Shown piece by piece: positions 35,355 through 49,225 of a DNA stretch of 64,000 nucleotides. The DNA is from Podarcis gaigeae (Eukaryota), in the NCBI GenBank assembly GCA_964106915.2, contig OZ066923.1. One strand, written 5' to 3'. Numbering within the stretch: the first letter of the stretch is position 1; every line of letters starts with the position of its first letter. Under the pieces are notes generated by a model. It ran no database searches. It was given only the letters and a program-made list of their open reading frames with translations, and was not told the DNA's origin. A program made the translations under genes and the position numbers.

Positions 35355-35595
35355 CAGTGGTAACTTGCTTGTCAAACATAATCCGTTCTAGGAATCCATT
35401 CGACTCCCGGAATGGTTCAAAAAGCAAGGCGTGGCCTCCAATTGGCTGTAGGAGCTTCCTGCACTCAATTGGAAGCCACGTCGGACATTTGGCTTCCAAA
35501 AAAGTTCTCAAACTGGAACACTCACTTCCAGGTTTGCGGCGGTCGGGAGCCAAAACATCCGAGTACCAAGGCATTTGACAACCAAGGTACGACTG
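35355..35595. mobile_element. Tc1/mariner (Tigger/pogo-like) MITE
   Basis: TA|CAGTGGTAACTTGCTTGTCAAA ... TTTGACAACCAAGGTACGACTG|TG imperfect TIRs. Confidence 0.8.
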
Positions 35596-37970
35596 TGCAA
35601 TGATCTTGGGAGTTTTAATTAAAAAGAAAAGAAAAGATAAAGCAGAACTGAAGTCTGTCCACCTCTGGGATAAATAAAAGAAAATCTTAGAAGGACCATA
35701 GTTTGAATTTTTGTCCTGGAGTGCAATAGCCTCCTCATCAAAATAAGTGCACTGGTGTATTCCACTGATTCTATCACCTTTTGTGAAACATGTTTACATG
35801 CCCCAAACAATAGAGCAATCAATGTTTTGTTACTTGGGCATGCTGCAATGTGGGGCTTTTTTTTTTTGCCAGGCAGGAATAAGCAATGGCTTACCTAGTG
35901 GATTATAGAATATTACACATGCTTCTCTCTGTCACCTCCTGCTCTGAGTTCTCCTTTGCAAACAACTTTATTCTGGTAAAGTAGCATTGGTAAAACTACC
36001 CTTGCTTGGCTGTGGGTGGCCTCTACTGGATCACCAAAAAGGAGTCCGCTGACATCTCATATGTATCATGGAAGATTGTCACCAGGTGACCTAGGGGTAT
36101 CTTCAGTCTGCTCTCCAGATACAAATTGCTTGCTTGTCTTAGGGTTCTTTATCTTTAAAACAGACTGAACAGGCCTGTCCTGTGAATAAAAAAGGGATAC
36201 ATGGCCATCCTAATTTGCCACGGTCTGTAGGATGAGTGGGTGTGTAAGGAACATGCATTTTCAAATAGTAGTTTGTCATATGCATACTTTAAATTTTAGG
36301 AGATTACGCATTTTAGGTGTGCACACTTTAAAATCTGTGTTGCGTTTTATGTTTATGGTCTTCTATATCTTACACTTCCTTTACTTTAAATGCTGTGTTT
36401 TTCTGATTCATCTATCTGATTTTAATCTTCATTTTTTTTTATGGTCATGCATTCATCTTGAGATGAGATGTGCTATAAATGGCACATCAGTATGGATAAA
36501 TCTTAAAAGAAAAATTTAAATTACCAAAGACTTGCATTCTTCCACTTCCCCACCTAATTATTATTTTCTAAACTTTTTTTTCAATTTTGCTTTTGCTTTT
36601 TTGGGGAAATAGTTAAAACCTGTCATATCAACCAGAATAGCTATTTGGAACCTGCCCTGAATCTATGTGTGCTGTTTGCAGCAGTAGCTGGATGGGAAGG
36701 GATGCTACAGACCACTGGAAGATGTCTTTCAATGATGGCCCATTCCCTTGATGCCTCTGCCCCGCCGCCCCTCACCTCTGCACCCTCTGCAGATGGTAGT
36801 ATTGAGGCCACTTTTTCCTCCTTAACTGCTTATTTACAGGATCAGATTCCAAGAAGCAAAATACTGGCCAAATGTCCTGTTCTTCTTCATTCTTTTTTTC
36901 TTAAAAAATGTTCATTTGCACATTCCTTTACAGCCTAGGAGTTGTTGGGCAAATGCCGTACATTGCAGCATAGCCCAGACTGCTGGATATGAGACCTGCT
37001 CTTTTCACTCAACAAACTATTTGTCTCTGAGCATCCGGAGGTAGACCCAAACACTGGCATAAGCTGATAGGGTTGTATGTTGGGAAAAGTCAGAAAAGAA
37101 AATGAAATGTTCCAGAGATTTACAAATACATGTTGGAAGGGTGGAGAATGAGAACCAGATGAGCGCTTTCTGAAATTTTCCTTTAAAAGAATTGCATCAA
37201 AGGGTGCATCTTCTTCCCTTCCATGGCACGGTGACAGAAGGAACGGCACCTGGTGGAAAGTCTCACTTTGACACAACAAATAAGCTTAGCTTTGGCTTTA
37301 AAGCCTCCTGTTCTGGAAATTAGCCAGACCCAGGATTACGGAATTTTGGTTGTGTTGGCAACATTACCAGCTTCTTATAACCACCTGGAAAAACTGAGGT
37401 TTGGCTTATTGCCTTGGTAGAGCATGCAATCCCCATCTGCTACTATTCCAGATGCTTTTAAGCAGCCACTAAGCCGTATGTTGACAGCAGTTTCTATCCT
37501 TTATCTCAAGTACCTGTTTGCGAGAATATGCCGCAAACTGGGAATTCCCAAGCTGCGTGCCGTATATGACCTGAGCGTAAGAAAAGCCCAGCTGGTTCAG
37601 AGCATTGGTTCATCTGGTCCAACATCATGTTTACCTCCATTGCCAAACAAACACTTTCAGTAAGCCGATAAGCAGGGTTGGAAAAGCAATAGCCTGCTCC
37701 TGCTGTGGCTTCTCAGTACTAGGTATTCTGTGATACAGCTGCCTCTGGACACTGATATTTCATGTTGCCATCACAACTAGTTAGCCAGTAGCGAGATCCA
37801 TCATTATGTCCACGTGGAGCTTCCCATTCAGAGGCAGCATGCCCCTGAATGCTAGTTCCTGGTGGGGCAGCTTGCTTAGCCATAGAAGGAAACAGCATGC
37901 TGGACTTGTTGAAATCTCCTGTGGCACGCAGTTTGTGGATTACAGTCTTAAAGCCACTGGCTATTGCATA

Positions 37971-38196
37971 CAGTGGTACCTCGGGTTACATACGCTTCAG
38001 GTTACAGACTCAGCTAACCCAGAAATAGTACCTCGGGTTAAGAACTTTGCTTCAGGATGAGAACAGAAATCGTGATCCAGCGGCACGGCGGCAGCAGGAG
38101 GCCCCATTAGCTAAAGTGGTGCTTCAGGTTAAGAACAGTTTCAGGTTAAGAACGGATCTCCGGAACAAATTAAGTACTTAACCCGAGGTACCACTG
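37971..38196 (+). mobile_element. Tc1/mariner MITE (CAGTGGTACCTCGGGTTA TIR family)
   Basis: Perfect 18-bp TIR and TA TSD; internal TCAGGTTA repeats. Confidence 0.93.
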
Positions 38197-38940
38197 TACT
38201 GTGGCAATGACTGAATTGCATGCTGCTATTTGGGTCTGTCCTAAAATGGCTGCCAATCAGCTTCACTGGGTGTGCCATGTGGGAGAAAACAACAGCAAAT
38301 GAACAGAAAGGCCCTGTGAGCCCAGAGTGTCATCTATGAAGGGGGCTGCTTGCTGCCTCTGTGTATGATTAACTGTTCTGGGCATGACTCCATTCCACAA
38401 GACACGAGCAGTTCTTTTGTGTTTCTGTATTGGGGAGGGCTAAATGCTCAAATCTATCCCATCAGAAGAGAGTTACTGTTTGGCCAAAAACTAAAAGCAT
38501 GGCCTCTTCCTGTGTCTTTTTTTTTTTTGTTTTTGTATTTTTATTAAAGATTTTCTTAGGAGGAATCCTCTCATGAAGCATTTCACAGCATTCCGAGCTG
38601 GTATGCTAGGCTGCTGTTAAAGGTCCAGGGAATAAATTGATAATAAAGCAAACCTACCTCCAGCAGAAACTGCTTGTTGCATTTCTGAATGAGTTTGTGT
38701 TCTTGGCTTGCCTCATTTCAGTCAGGAGCCGTATCCAGCGACTCCTTCAGAAAGGTAGGGTGTGTGCATATTGCTCTGAGGGTCAGCAATTCTTGCTCTT
38801 GCACAAGCTACAAGGAAACCTTTTGGGATAAAAGGCTGGAGTATGACTTAAATATTATTAATATGGGGCAGGATTGGGAACACTGTCTAACTGCCCATAG
38901 TGAAAAGTTTCAGAAGGATAGCGAGTTTTCCTGTTACATC

Positions 38941-39155
38941 AAACAAAGAATTGTGTAGCATCCTTAAAGTCTAATAATTGCCCTGCTTTTTTGGCATAAC
39001 CTTTCACGGGTTGGAGTCTAGCACCTTGGCCAGCATCCTGTTTTCACAGTGGCCAACCAGATGCCTGTGCGAAGGTCACAAACAGAACCTGAGCACAACA
39101 TCACAAACACTTATGCCGTAATAATTTTTTTAAGGTACTACAAGATTATTTGTTT
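38941..39155. mobile_element. Inverted pair of Penelope-like terminal-repeat remnants flanking a CR1 fragment
   Basis: 38941-39018 (-) and 39110-39155 (+) are imperfect reverse complements related to 3075-3160; CR1 3' piece at ~39025-39095. Confidence 0.6.
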
Positions 39156-41388
39156 AAACTGTCACAAGTACATGGAATTAAAGATAAATCAATGGGCTTC
39201 ATAGCAAGTGTGTAGGGAACCCCTAGGTTTGATCCAGCAGGGAGCTCTTCCTATCTTCTTCCCAACTGCTCTTTTGAACAGGCTTTAAAATATGTTTTGA
39301 ACTACAAATGTTTGGCCTCCCCTCCTCTTTTCTCTCCATCCCTGTTTTGTCACTTGCAGTAGCTTGCAAAATGTCTGTTTGTGCAACAGGTCTTGCCTCT
39401 GCAGTCAAAGTTTAGCTCTGCAAACTTTGTGCTGAAAACATCCAGAAATATTTTGAGATAACACTATCTGCTTTTGTTCTCTGTGTGTTGTGTGTTGTAT
39501 TTTGAATTGTTCGTTTTAAAGCTGCGATTTTACTTTTTTATCTTCGGCAAATATGTGTTTTTTTTATTTCAAGCTAAAACTCATTAGTTATGTTAGCGTT
39601 CATGGTTTTAAAAATAGCCTCTTTGGACTTTTCCTGGTGGTCACTTTTCAAGACGGATTGGCTGTGCCTGGAGTGCTGGATCTGTGCCATATTTATTACA
39701 CATGTACTGTTATACACAGCGGCACCTGTGAGTTACATAAAAGGCCTCATTCATATGGAAGTCTTGTGTTTGTGCTCCTCGTGGAGGCCAAGAACAAGTT
39801 CAAACTGTGTAAAGGAGAAAAATATTGAACCAGCAGTAAGGAAGAGAGTGATTTCTGAACACCAGCAAGTTTCTGTCTCCCTCAAGTACAAAGTTGTTGC
39901 TTTCCTTCTGATACTCGGTGCATGAAAAGTTTAGCTGTGTGTTCATTCTTCCTTTTGATTCCTTACTTAGAACCATCAGCACCATACTTTAAAGCACCAC
40001 TTTGAATAGTCATGGCTTCCCCCAAAGAATCCTGGGTACTTAAGGGTGCCGAATTCTTAGGAGACCCCTATTTCCCTCACAGAGCTAAATTTCCCAAAGT
40101 TCCCTGGAAGAAATAACCGATTGATAGCACTCTAGAGGATAACTTCATTTCGTTGATTGCTTGCATCTTGTTTTTCCTTCCCGAAAAAAGCCCAAAGATG
40201 GTAACTGAAAGCCGAAAGCAATTAATTGAGCGCAAAATATCCAAATACTATAGAAAAAGTGTAGCATATATCAGAATTATAGTGACTGGAGCTGCCTCCC
40301 TGTGGAAAGAGCTCATAGCACTAGGGAGTACATTTGAACATTCCCCTAAAGTCTATACCCTCCTGCATTACTCTTGCAGCATTTTGCTGAAAAGAGAGGG
40401 GGAATGTATCATCAAAAAGGGCGAAAAGAGGACAGTGATCTGCAAATTTATGTTTTGATGCAAACTGAGAAATACAGTACAGCTCACCGTAGCATTGAAA
40501 GACAATAACCAATGACTTGTGTGCCTGTTTTGTGGTTTCATGGCCCGTTCTTTATCTTTAAACCAGGCTTGGACTGGACAGCCCTTCAGACAGAGGACGC
40601 TTTCAAAAGATGACTATCTATAAAATAGGATACACAGCCACCCTATATTTAGTTGTTATAGTTGTTTGTACAATGAATTTATCAATTGCCTTCTAAGCTA
40701 CAATCTCATTGTGATTTGCACATGAGCTAATTAAAAACAATTCAAAAACACAAAAAGTACATTTAAAGCGAGACTAAAACTAGTCTTGCTTAAATGGGGA
40801 CACCCCTGGTAAAGACCCATTTTGCCCTTTGTTATGCAGACCTTGAATCCTGACCCCTGTTTATAGACCCCCAAACTGTTATGAGCTCTGGGAAGTTTTT
40901 AAGGAAGCCTGAAAGTTGGCTCTCTGTATACCTACTTTTCAGAAAAAGGAGCATTTGATTAATTACATAACGGCGAAGGACCCCAACTGACCACAGCATC
41001 CACCTCTATTAATCTGACCACAGAACTGAACACTGAGGAATTTATGTTTATTATTCAAGATCGCAAGGAGTGTTATAAAAAGAAAACTGAACAAAGGGCG
41101 CTGGGACAGCTTTGAAGTAATTTAAATGTACGTGGCATTTAAACTTGAAGAATGGACATTGTTCTAGCGGCACAAGAATGTAAAAGGAGAGTGAAGAAAG
41201 AAGTAACACTGGTTACCCACTGAGATTCCCTTCCATGCACCTGTAATTCTCACCTGAAAAACCTGGAGCTTCTCAAATGTCGGGAGGGGCTACTTTTAAT
41301 CCGAGCATGAAAGCATCAAGTCAGCACTACATAACCAGGTGCTTGTTTAAGCTGTCCTGTGGATCTGAAAGATTTAAGAGGTAGTAGC

Positions 41389-41567
41389 TAAACGGTGTTC
41401 CGTGTGCTGCGCTGGCTCGCCAGATGCAGCTTGTGACGCTGGCCACGTGACCCGGAAGTGTCTGCGGACAGCGCTGGCTCCCGGCCTATAGAGTGAGATG
41501 AGCGCACAACCCTGGAGTCTGGCAAGACTGGCCCGTACAGGCAGGGGTACCTTTACCTTTACCTTTT
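41389..41567 (+). mobile_element. Sauria SINE, 5'-truncated
   Basis: Matches the 3' half of the 33764 and 60947 copies; ACCTTT tail. Confidence 0.92.
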
Positions 41568-43514
41568 TAGCTGTACTGCTGACTTGTTAGCCTGAAGGGC
41601 TTTGTTCTTAACCCTGGATAAATATAGACCGTGCAAATCTTCTCTGAAGATTAGCTGCAACTGCTTCATCTACAGGGTGAAGCTTCTGCACTGTTTTATA
41701 TGTTAAGCAGCCTGTTGCGTTATATGTTGTGACCGTTCTTCAGATTCATGGAGCTTGAGCATAGCCTGCAAAGTTACTACTCCACAACCCGCAAGCATAG
41801 GTTGGCTCTAAAGAATATGGATTCCAGGTCATCTATGGTGTCCCTGGTTTTATAAATTAACCAGTGGTCTTTTGCTGGGTGGCACTCATGCCGCCCTGAG
41901 CACTAGTTACTTATTCATATTTTGGTTGGTCAGAGCAGATTTATTTATATGGTCATAAACCCACTGTAAGATATAACTGGAGTAACAGACCTCAGACAGC
42001 AGGGAATGTTTACATATCGCATGAAATGTAATGCAGCATGATTGTGTCTTACGCACATTTAACTAGCACAATTTCAGCCATAAGCAATTGAAGACAAGCT
42101 GATTCAAATGCATGAGATAAATCTAGGCAAGTTGGAGAGCTTAAAAGCTCTTTTTGCAGCAGGTCCGCTTGGGATATAAAGTATGTAAATATAAGTAAAT
42201 TAAATAATATCCTGGCTGCAGCTAGGGGGTACCACTTTGGATATTCCTGGTGGGCTAGTTTTGTGCCTGCAGGGAGTCTTATATAGGGTCATCTGTAATT
42301 GATGCATACCTGGGCAGGACACCCCCTCTTCGTCCCCTAAGGGAGGGACAAGTTATAAATATAATCAACAGTGGCTGTTAAGAGTAGGAAATCTTGACAT
42401 TGCAACTGCCCATTATCCTTTGCCAGTTCAGTGGCCTGCCAGAATATATTTTATCTCCCAACACTGGTAATCTAACAGAGCTATAGCCAATTACCCTTTT
42501 GTCCTGGTTTATCATCGCCAGCTGCAGCCTGCTAAGAAAACAATGAGAACAACAGCAACTTCAGATGACGAATGTGTGTGTTTCATAAGTGCTACTGAGT
42601 CATCTCTCCTGTTTGTTGTTCTCTTTCATAAACCAGGTGTGCATAAGTGAGAGATGGCTCAGCCTTGCACTTGCCAATATGCCAGCAGCCACAACTGAAA
42701 ACGAAAAACCTCTTTTTATCAGCCCTTTAGGAGGAAAGCGCTTCAGTGAACACTATCTTGGATGTTTCCCTCCTCAGTGAAAATTCCTGTTTTCCATTAT
42801 GAGGAAAGGTTTGGGATAGTGGGGAAAGGGTAACATTCTGATGTGTGTCTTCATTTTTCCTGCTTGGTATCATTAAAAATAAAAATCAATGTCTCTCTCC
42901 CCATACATGAAGCTATAGTGAAGTCATTCACTCTGATAGGGCTTCAGATGCTGTTTCAAATCCTTTACTTAAATTAAATAGACCCTTAAATTAAATTAAA
43001 TTCGTATGAATTGCAAAGAACAGAATTGGTTTACAACTGGTCAAAGCAACTTCTCAAATCATGTTTCAATAAACACCATTTTATTTATAGCCTCCAGTGT
43101 ACAACCCCCCCGCCAAATAATTATAACCGCAAAAACCATTAACAATTTCCTGTTTAGCTATTTATGAAGTGCATCCTGTCCTATATTATCCAAAATTGCT
43201 CTTCCCTCTGGCATGCAGACCCAGATAATGGTACTATTATGAAACATAGTAAGTCAAAAGTGGAATCTTATACTGTGAAACAGGAGTTTAAAATCTAAAA
43301 TCTCTACACTTTCTCAATATAGCAGAAGAAATATTGGACAACATTTTAATCTAGTGGTTTGACCCTGTGCACATATACACAGAATTAAGTTCTGTGGTGT
43401 TCTGTGCATAGAAAAGTGTGCATAGGATTGTAACTAATCAATAATTTTTTCTTACAGTTATGCCGCTATCAAAAGCTCTTTGGATAATATAGTTCAGCCT
43501 GTTATCATAACTTT

Positions 43515-43875
43515 TATCTAGGAGGCTTAGCTAATGTCTCAGAAGACAGAATCAGGATTCAAAATGACCGTAACAGATTGGAGGACTGGGCCCAAGCTAA
43601 CAAAATGAATTTCAGTAGGGACAAAAGCTGCACAAATATAAGACAGGGGACAACTGGCTTGCCGGTAGCATATGTGAAAAAGATCTAGGGGTCTTAGTAA
43701 ACCATAAGCTTAATTCGAGTCAAGAGTGTGATGCAGCAGCAAAAAAAAGCTAATGCTATTCTAGGCTGCATCAACAGAAGTATAGTGTCCAGATCAAGGG
43801 AAGTCATAGTGCCTCTATATTCTCTCTTGGCCAGATCATGCTTGTAGTACAATTCTGGGCACCACAATTCAAGAC
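43515..43875 (+). mobile_element. CR1 LINE reverse-transcriptase fragment
   Basis: Encodes LGGLANVSEDRIRIQNDRNRLEDWAQANKMNFSRDK...EKDLGVLV...ANAILGCINRSI, with frameshifts and deletions. Confidence 0.92.
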
Positions 43876-44259
43876 GAGAATGGTTACTGTTTCGTTTAAA
43901 GGTGTTTTAGAAATAAGTGCTTTCCCCCTCGACCCTGCCGCTCCCCCAACATTGTGCCCCTGTCGGCATTGAAAGGGTCAGCAATATCTAATGTGACAGA
44001 TGTTGGGGACAGGACTGCACCATGTGGTGGAATCAGGAGGCACAGCTTTGCTCCATCCTCCTTGCATTACCACCACACCTGGAGGAGGCGTGTTGTGCCT
44101 TTTTGTTTGTGCACATGCACGTCTGTACACTAGAGTCCAGAAGCAGCTGCCCATTGCTTAGATGTTGAACTTCTAGAGACTCGGGGGCAGTCATGGCAAG
44201 AATGGCAGTGCCAGTGTGCACTGCACACACTACCAACGGTTTTTTAAAAATCCCAAATA

Positions 44260-44452
44260 CAGTAGTACCTCGGGTTACATACACTTCAGGTTACATATGC
44301 TTCAGGTTACAGACTCCGCTAACCCAGAAATAGTACCTCGGGTTAAGAACTTTGCTTCAGGATGAGAACAGAAATTGTGCTCTGGCTGTGCGGCAGCAGG
44401 AGGCCCCATTAGCTAAAGGAACGAATTAAGTACTTAACCTGAGGTACCACTG
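44260..44452 (+). mobile_element. Tc1/mariner MITE (same family as 37971), internally deleted
   Basis: TIRs and TA TSD present; lacks the segment between agctaaag and ggaacgaatt. Confidence 0.92.
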
Positions 44453-46450
44453 TATAGAGACAGTTGAAGCATGTGGAGGGGTCAGATTGGAAGGTTTTTA
44501 AATCCCAGCAGATTCTCTGATCTTCAGGCCCTGGTGTCCTTCCTGGAAATGCACCACATCTTTCAAAAGCAGCGTGGAAAACAGATTAATGGCGAAAGTG
44601 ATGGAGGACTAGGCTATCAGCATTCTTTCACTGTCAGTTTGATGTAAAGCATACTGAGCTCTGTGCTCCAAAAATGAGGAAACTGAAAGCAATAGACATT
44701 CTCCATCATGTTTTAGATAAGGGGTTCACATGCCTTGTTCTATCAGTTGTTTAGTATGAGAGGGAACAGGGCTGGAGCCGTTTCATTCAAAGTAATGCTT
44801 TTCCAAGAAGAGGAGAATCTTGCTTGGGGGGTACTATGCTGATAGGTGAGAGGATACGGAGTAAGGCTAATCCAGTAACTATTGGGAAAATGGAGGTCCG
44901 CTACCGCGATGTTGCAAACATAGAGAACACTGGTTTTTCAAAAAGCTTTAAGGTATTTTAAATGAGTCGTTCCTGTGCAAGAGGGGAATAGCGTGAACAG
45001 ATGTGTAGGGAAGTTTATGCTGGTGTTATATGTATCAATACAATCTGGTTCATCAGGGTGAAGGAGGCATTGCTCTATTAACATAGCCTGCACGCAGCCA
45101 GTCCTTGCCAGCTTGCCTTTCTGCTTGCCATCAGTTCAACCGGAGGCAATGCCTGTCAGCTCCCTCTTCCTCAATTTCAGTGTTGCCCTTGTAGAACTCA
45201 GTGGGCAGGAGGGTGGGGAAGAAACTAGAATTAGGCTTGAATTTTTGTAAAGGCCTTTGGCTGTGAGCAATGAAAGGAGCCTTCAGTGCAGGAAAGGAGG
45301 CTGATAAAGTTTTTAAAGGAGTTAAAGAAGCATAGTATACTTGTGTATGGTATATATAAAAGCACGGTTGCGCGCACATAATATCTTAATATGGCTCCTT
45401 GAGCAGTTTAATATTTGCTGTTGGGAATGCACTGAGATCACAACCTGTTCCTTATCCAGGTGTGTTGAAGTGGGATATGCCTTTGGATATGCCAAGTGAT
45501 GCCACTGCCGTGTGTAAGGGGTGGAAGAGTGCAGCCCGCTCTAATCATTATGATGTAAATAATACTAATACTACTATGGGACAGGTGCTTCCTTCCATTT
45601 ATATGTGTATCTTTATATATTCAGTTCAGAATGTATTCATCCTATTGACATCTAGGAAAATGGCTGAAGATCTGTCTATCTGCATTTGCAAAGGGGATTG
45701 CAATGTGCGCATATGAACTTGCATAATAATTAGGATGTCTAATTAAGCTGAAACATCATGTCCTTTTAATTATGCAATTAAGATGTCAAATTACATAATT
45801 AAGGCATGTAATTACATGATGAAAAAATGTTATGAAATTTTATACTGCTTGGTGAAATTGCATTTTAAGCTTAAAAAAAGTAAAAAATAATCGCACCACC
45901 TCTCTCAATACATAACAACTTTCATCTGTTCCTTACTAAAGCAAAGGCATGGGTAGCAAAACAAATAACACACCCAAAAATTATAAGGGTGGAAAATGAA
46001 CATTTAAACGTTTTAGCTATTAAACTGGGATTCTGGGAGGTAGAGGCTATCTGGCTGGTTATGCCATAGATTCCTAGTCAGTCACATAAACTTTATATTT
46101 GCGTAGCCTACAATGGCTGTGCAAGAGCTGTACTGTGGCCTTAACTCATTGGTGTTACTTCATCTCTCTTTCCCTACTTCTTCCTCATTATGTCCGGTTT
46201 AAACAAATAGCACATGTGACAAAAAGCAAAGGCAACATCACCCTGCATGTGCTTCATCTCACTGAGTGTCAGCCACAGGGCAAGACAATGTATGGCACAA
46301 CGGCGTCATGTCGCCAGTGGAGGCACAGTGACCTACGGTAAATGTTACGCGGAAGAAGGGGCTGAGAGACACATTACCGCAGCGTCTCTCTATCTCTCAT
46401 AACATCTGCTTAAGCTCTTTCTGTACTGGTTATGAGCGGGTATCAGATTT

Positions 46451-46781
46451 GGCCATATTCACACCGTACCTTTAAAGTACTGTGATGCCCACTTTGAACA
46501 TTCTTGGCTTCCCCCAAAGAATCCTGGGAGCTGTAGTTTATTAAGGGTGATGAAAGTTGTTAGGAGAGCCCTATTTTTCTCAGCTACAGTTCTCAGAGTG
46601 GTTTAACAGTCGATACTTCTTCCCAGGTACATAACTCCAGGAATTGTATCTCTACAAAAGGAATAAAGGGTCTCCTAACAGCACCCTTAATAAACTGCAG
46701 CTCCCAGAATTATTTGGGGGAAGCCACCATTATTGTTTAAAGTGGGATCATGGTGCTTTAAATGTATGACATGAATGCACC
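46451..46781. mobile_element. Long palindromic MITE
   Basis: Arms tggcttcccccaaagaatcctgggagctgtagtttattaagggtg / cacccttaataaactgcagctcccagaattatttgggggaagcca. Confidence 0.85.
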
Positions 46782-47198
46782 AGCATCCATTGTGTTTCGG
46801 CATCTGTTAAATACTTACACATTTAACCAAGCATTTGCTGATCTTAATAACGAGCTTTTAGTGAAATGATAACTTCTTCTACTGTCGCTTTGCTTGCATT
46901 TGTTGTTTTTGATATATTGTTGTTTTATTATGTTCTGTAAACTGCTCTGGAATACGATAATGAAAGGGCAGTTTTAAAATAAATAAGAAATTGTACTGAT
47001 TTGCCTGGCACAAGACTGTATAATACTTGAGAACAGAAGCCTCCGACTTTTCTAATGCACACAACATTTTTAACATTCCCAAAGTTCCTTTAAATATTTG
47101 AAGAATAAGATCTGTTTCAGTAAAAATAAGCAGAAGTTTAGGAGTCTTTAACTTCAGATGTGGTTTCTACATTGTGCAAGTAAGGTGTAGTTAGATGT

Positions 47199-47530
47199 TA
47201 AAGGTAAAGGTAAAGGTACCCCTGCCCGTACGGGCCAGTCTTGACAGACTCTGGGGTTGTGTGCCCATCTCACTTAAGAGGCCAGGGGCCAGCGCTGTCC
47301 GGAGACACTTCCGGGTCACGTGGCCAGCGTGACATCGCTGCTCTGGCAAGCCAGAACCGCACACGGAAACGCCGTTTACCTTCCCGCTGGTAAGCGGTCC
47401 CTATTTATCTACTTGCACCCGGAGGTGCTTTCGAACTGCTAGGTTGACAGGCACTGGGACCAAGCAGCGGGAGCGCACCCCGCCGCAGGGATTCGAACCT
47501 CCGACCTTTCGATCGGCAAGTCCTAGGCGC
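47199..47530 (-). mobile_element. Sauria SINE, nearly full length
   Basis: Reverse complement of the 33764 copy with very high similarity. Confidence 0.95.
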
Positions 47531-48740
47531 AGTCTGCAAATTCCTGGGTTGGGGGTTCTCACCAGCTCCTTTTACTTTGCTCACCCACCACACTGCTTAT
47601 TGCTTCACTGTTTCACTTAATATAGACAGCAAGTGTACTGTACCTGTTTTCCTCTGTCAAAGACTGGAAGATGTGCGAAAATCTATTTTTATTTATTATT
47701 TAGCACCTAGTACATTTCTGCCGCAATATAAAATGAATAAATAATACCTACATTTTTAACATCCCCTGTCACAAGGGCTCCAGTAGTTGACAATACATTA
47801 ATTAAAACGCACACAAAATAGGTTAGTTTAGAAGAAGGAAGACTTCGTGAATGTTGACCTCCTTATCTCTGACCTCCTGAAAAGAAGTAATGGTATCTGT
47901 AGTGTGTACGTGTGAGATCTAGCCTACGAATTGCCAAATCATCATTGCTGTCTCGTGGCTATTGGTTTTCTTGAGACAAAAAAATATGGTTTCAGTTTAG
48001 GTGTCCACTAGGCTTATAAATCTGAAATAATTGTGGCTAATGCAAAGGTAAACTTTCAGCTAATTGGAAACTATGAGGGAGGAAAGGGGATATTCTTGTT
48101 GTAAAATAGGAGAATATTTTCTAACTAGTTTGATTTTCTGAACTCATGGTGTCTAAGTATAATCAATAAAATGATGGTTCTGGATTCCGTGCCTATAGGA
48201 GACAAGACAGGAGCCCATCATTGCCTCCTGATATCTCCCTGCTAGCAATAGGCTGACCCTTTGCAGAGCAGTTCTCTTAATAATTACCAGATCCTGCAGT
48301 TAAGTTGCAGAAGGCTCATGAACACAATCAAAGGCAATGGAATGATATTATAGAATCAATAATCCTGTCCTCCCCTCCCAATTGATCACTGTGTGTAAAT
48401 CATTAATCAAAGCCACAAACAGGGTCTGAGTGGTCTCTAAGATTGCTAGAGGCGTGGGAATCTGATTTTATCAGGTGTATCTGCAACCTGAGTGCCTTGC
48501 CTGTATTTGGTCACCAGCTGCCTTTTCTTGATATTCCATGACTGGGAATCAGAATCCAGTAATGTCCCTGAGGGGTGTCTGTCCAGTCTCATACTGCAAA
48601 CATCCAAGGGAAGGAGATTTTATGCTCCGGCTATGCTCCTTAGATTCTAGGGCTCTCTTCCTTTTAGTCATGAGACTTTCCATCCATTAAATCTTAAAGC
48701 AAGGCTTGGTGCAAACCTCATTACTTTCCTTGTTTTACAG

Positions 48741-48834
48741 GTATTCCACCTCTGGCTTCTCCAGGCTGGAGAAAGTGGGCATCCGCCACCCTCCACCTTT
48801 GCCTTTCATCGGAAACCTTTTGTACTTTCGAGAG
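48741..48834 (+). CDS. TBXAS1: Thromboxane A synthase 1 (CYP5A1), coding exon 2 (94 bp)
   Basis: Acceptor ttactttccttgttttacag|G and donor GAG|gtaaga. Translation (W)[31 protein letters not shown] matches human [32 protein letters not shown], including the P450 proline-rich hinge. Confidence 0.96.
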
Positions 48835-49225
48835 GTAAGACACACTCTCTGGATCCGGTGCCTCTTTCTGGATTTCTCTTTCTAGCGGCTTCCTGCCATT
48901 TTTCCTTTTGCATTTCACAGTTGAATGCAACGTAAATCCATGAGAGGGAGGGGTTCCATGTTTTTAAGTTCACAGTGATCTTGTTTGTTGAAGCAAAATC
49001 TGGTGGAAACCATAAAAATCCCAGAAATCAGTTTATTTTGGAGAGTCCAATTATTCTCCACTACAGTTGCACAAAGATGGGAGAGTTTGCAAGCTGTATG
49101 TTCCCAGTGTTGCGAACCAAATTGGTTCCCTCTGGACAGGGCTTTCAGAGGTAAGAAGCCCAATTTCTACAATCCCACACAGGTCATCAATACTCCTTGT
49201 GGATCTTAGCCTCAAGTAATGTGTA

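Larger units (their letters stand above)
18318..48740 (+). other. TBXAS1: TBXAS1 intron between coding exons 1 and 2 (30,423 bp, GT-AG, phase 2)
   Basis: GTAAGT at 18318 and AG at 48739-48740; the reading frame is continuous across the junction (TG|G = Trp). Confidence 0.88.

Noticed and set aside
37971-38196. CRISPR-like or regulatory array of TCAGGTTA repeats
   Set aside because: These are internal repeats of a multi-copy mariner MITE in a eukaryotic genome; there is no spacer structure.
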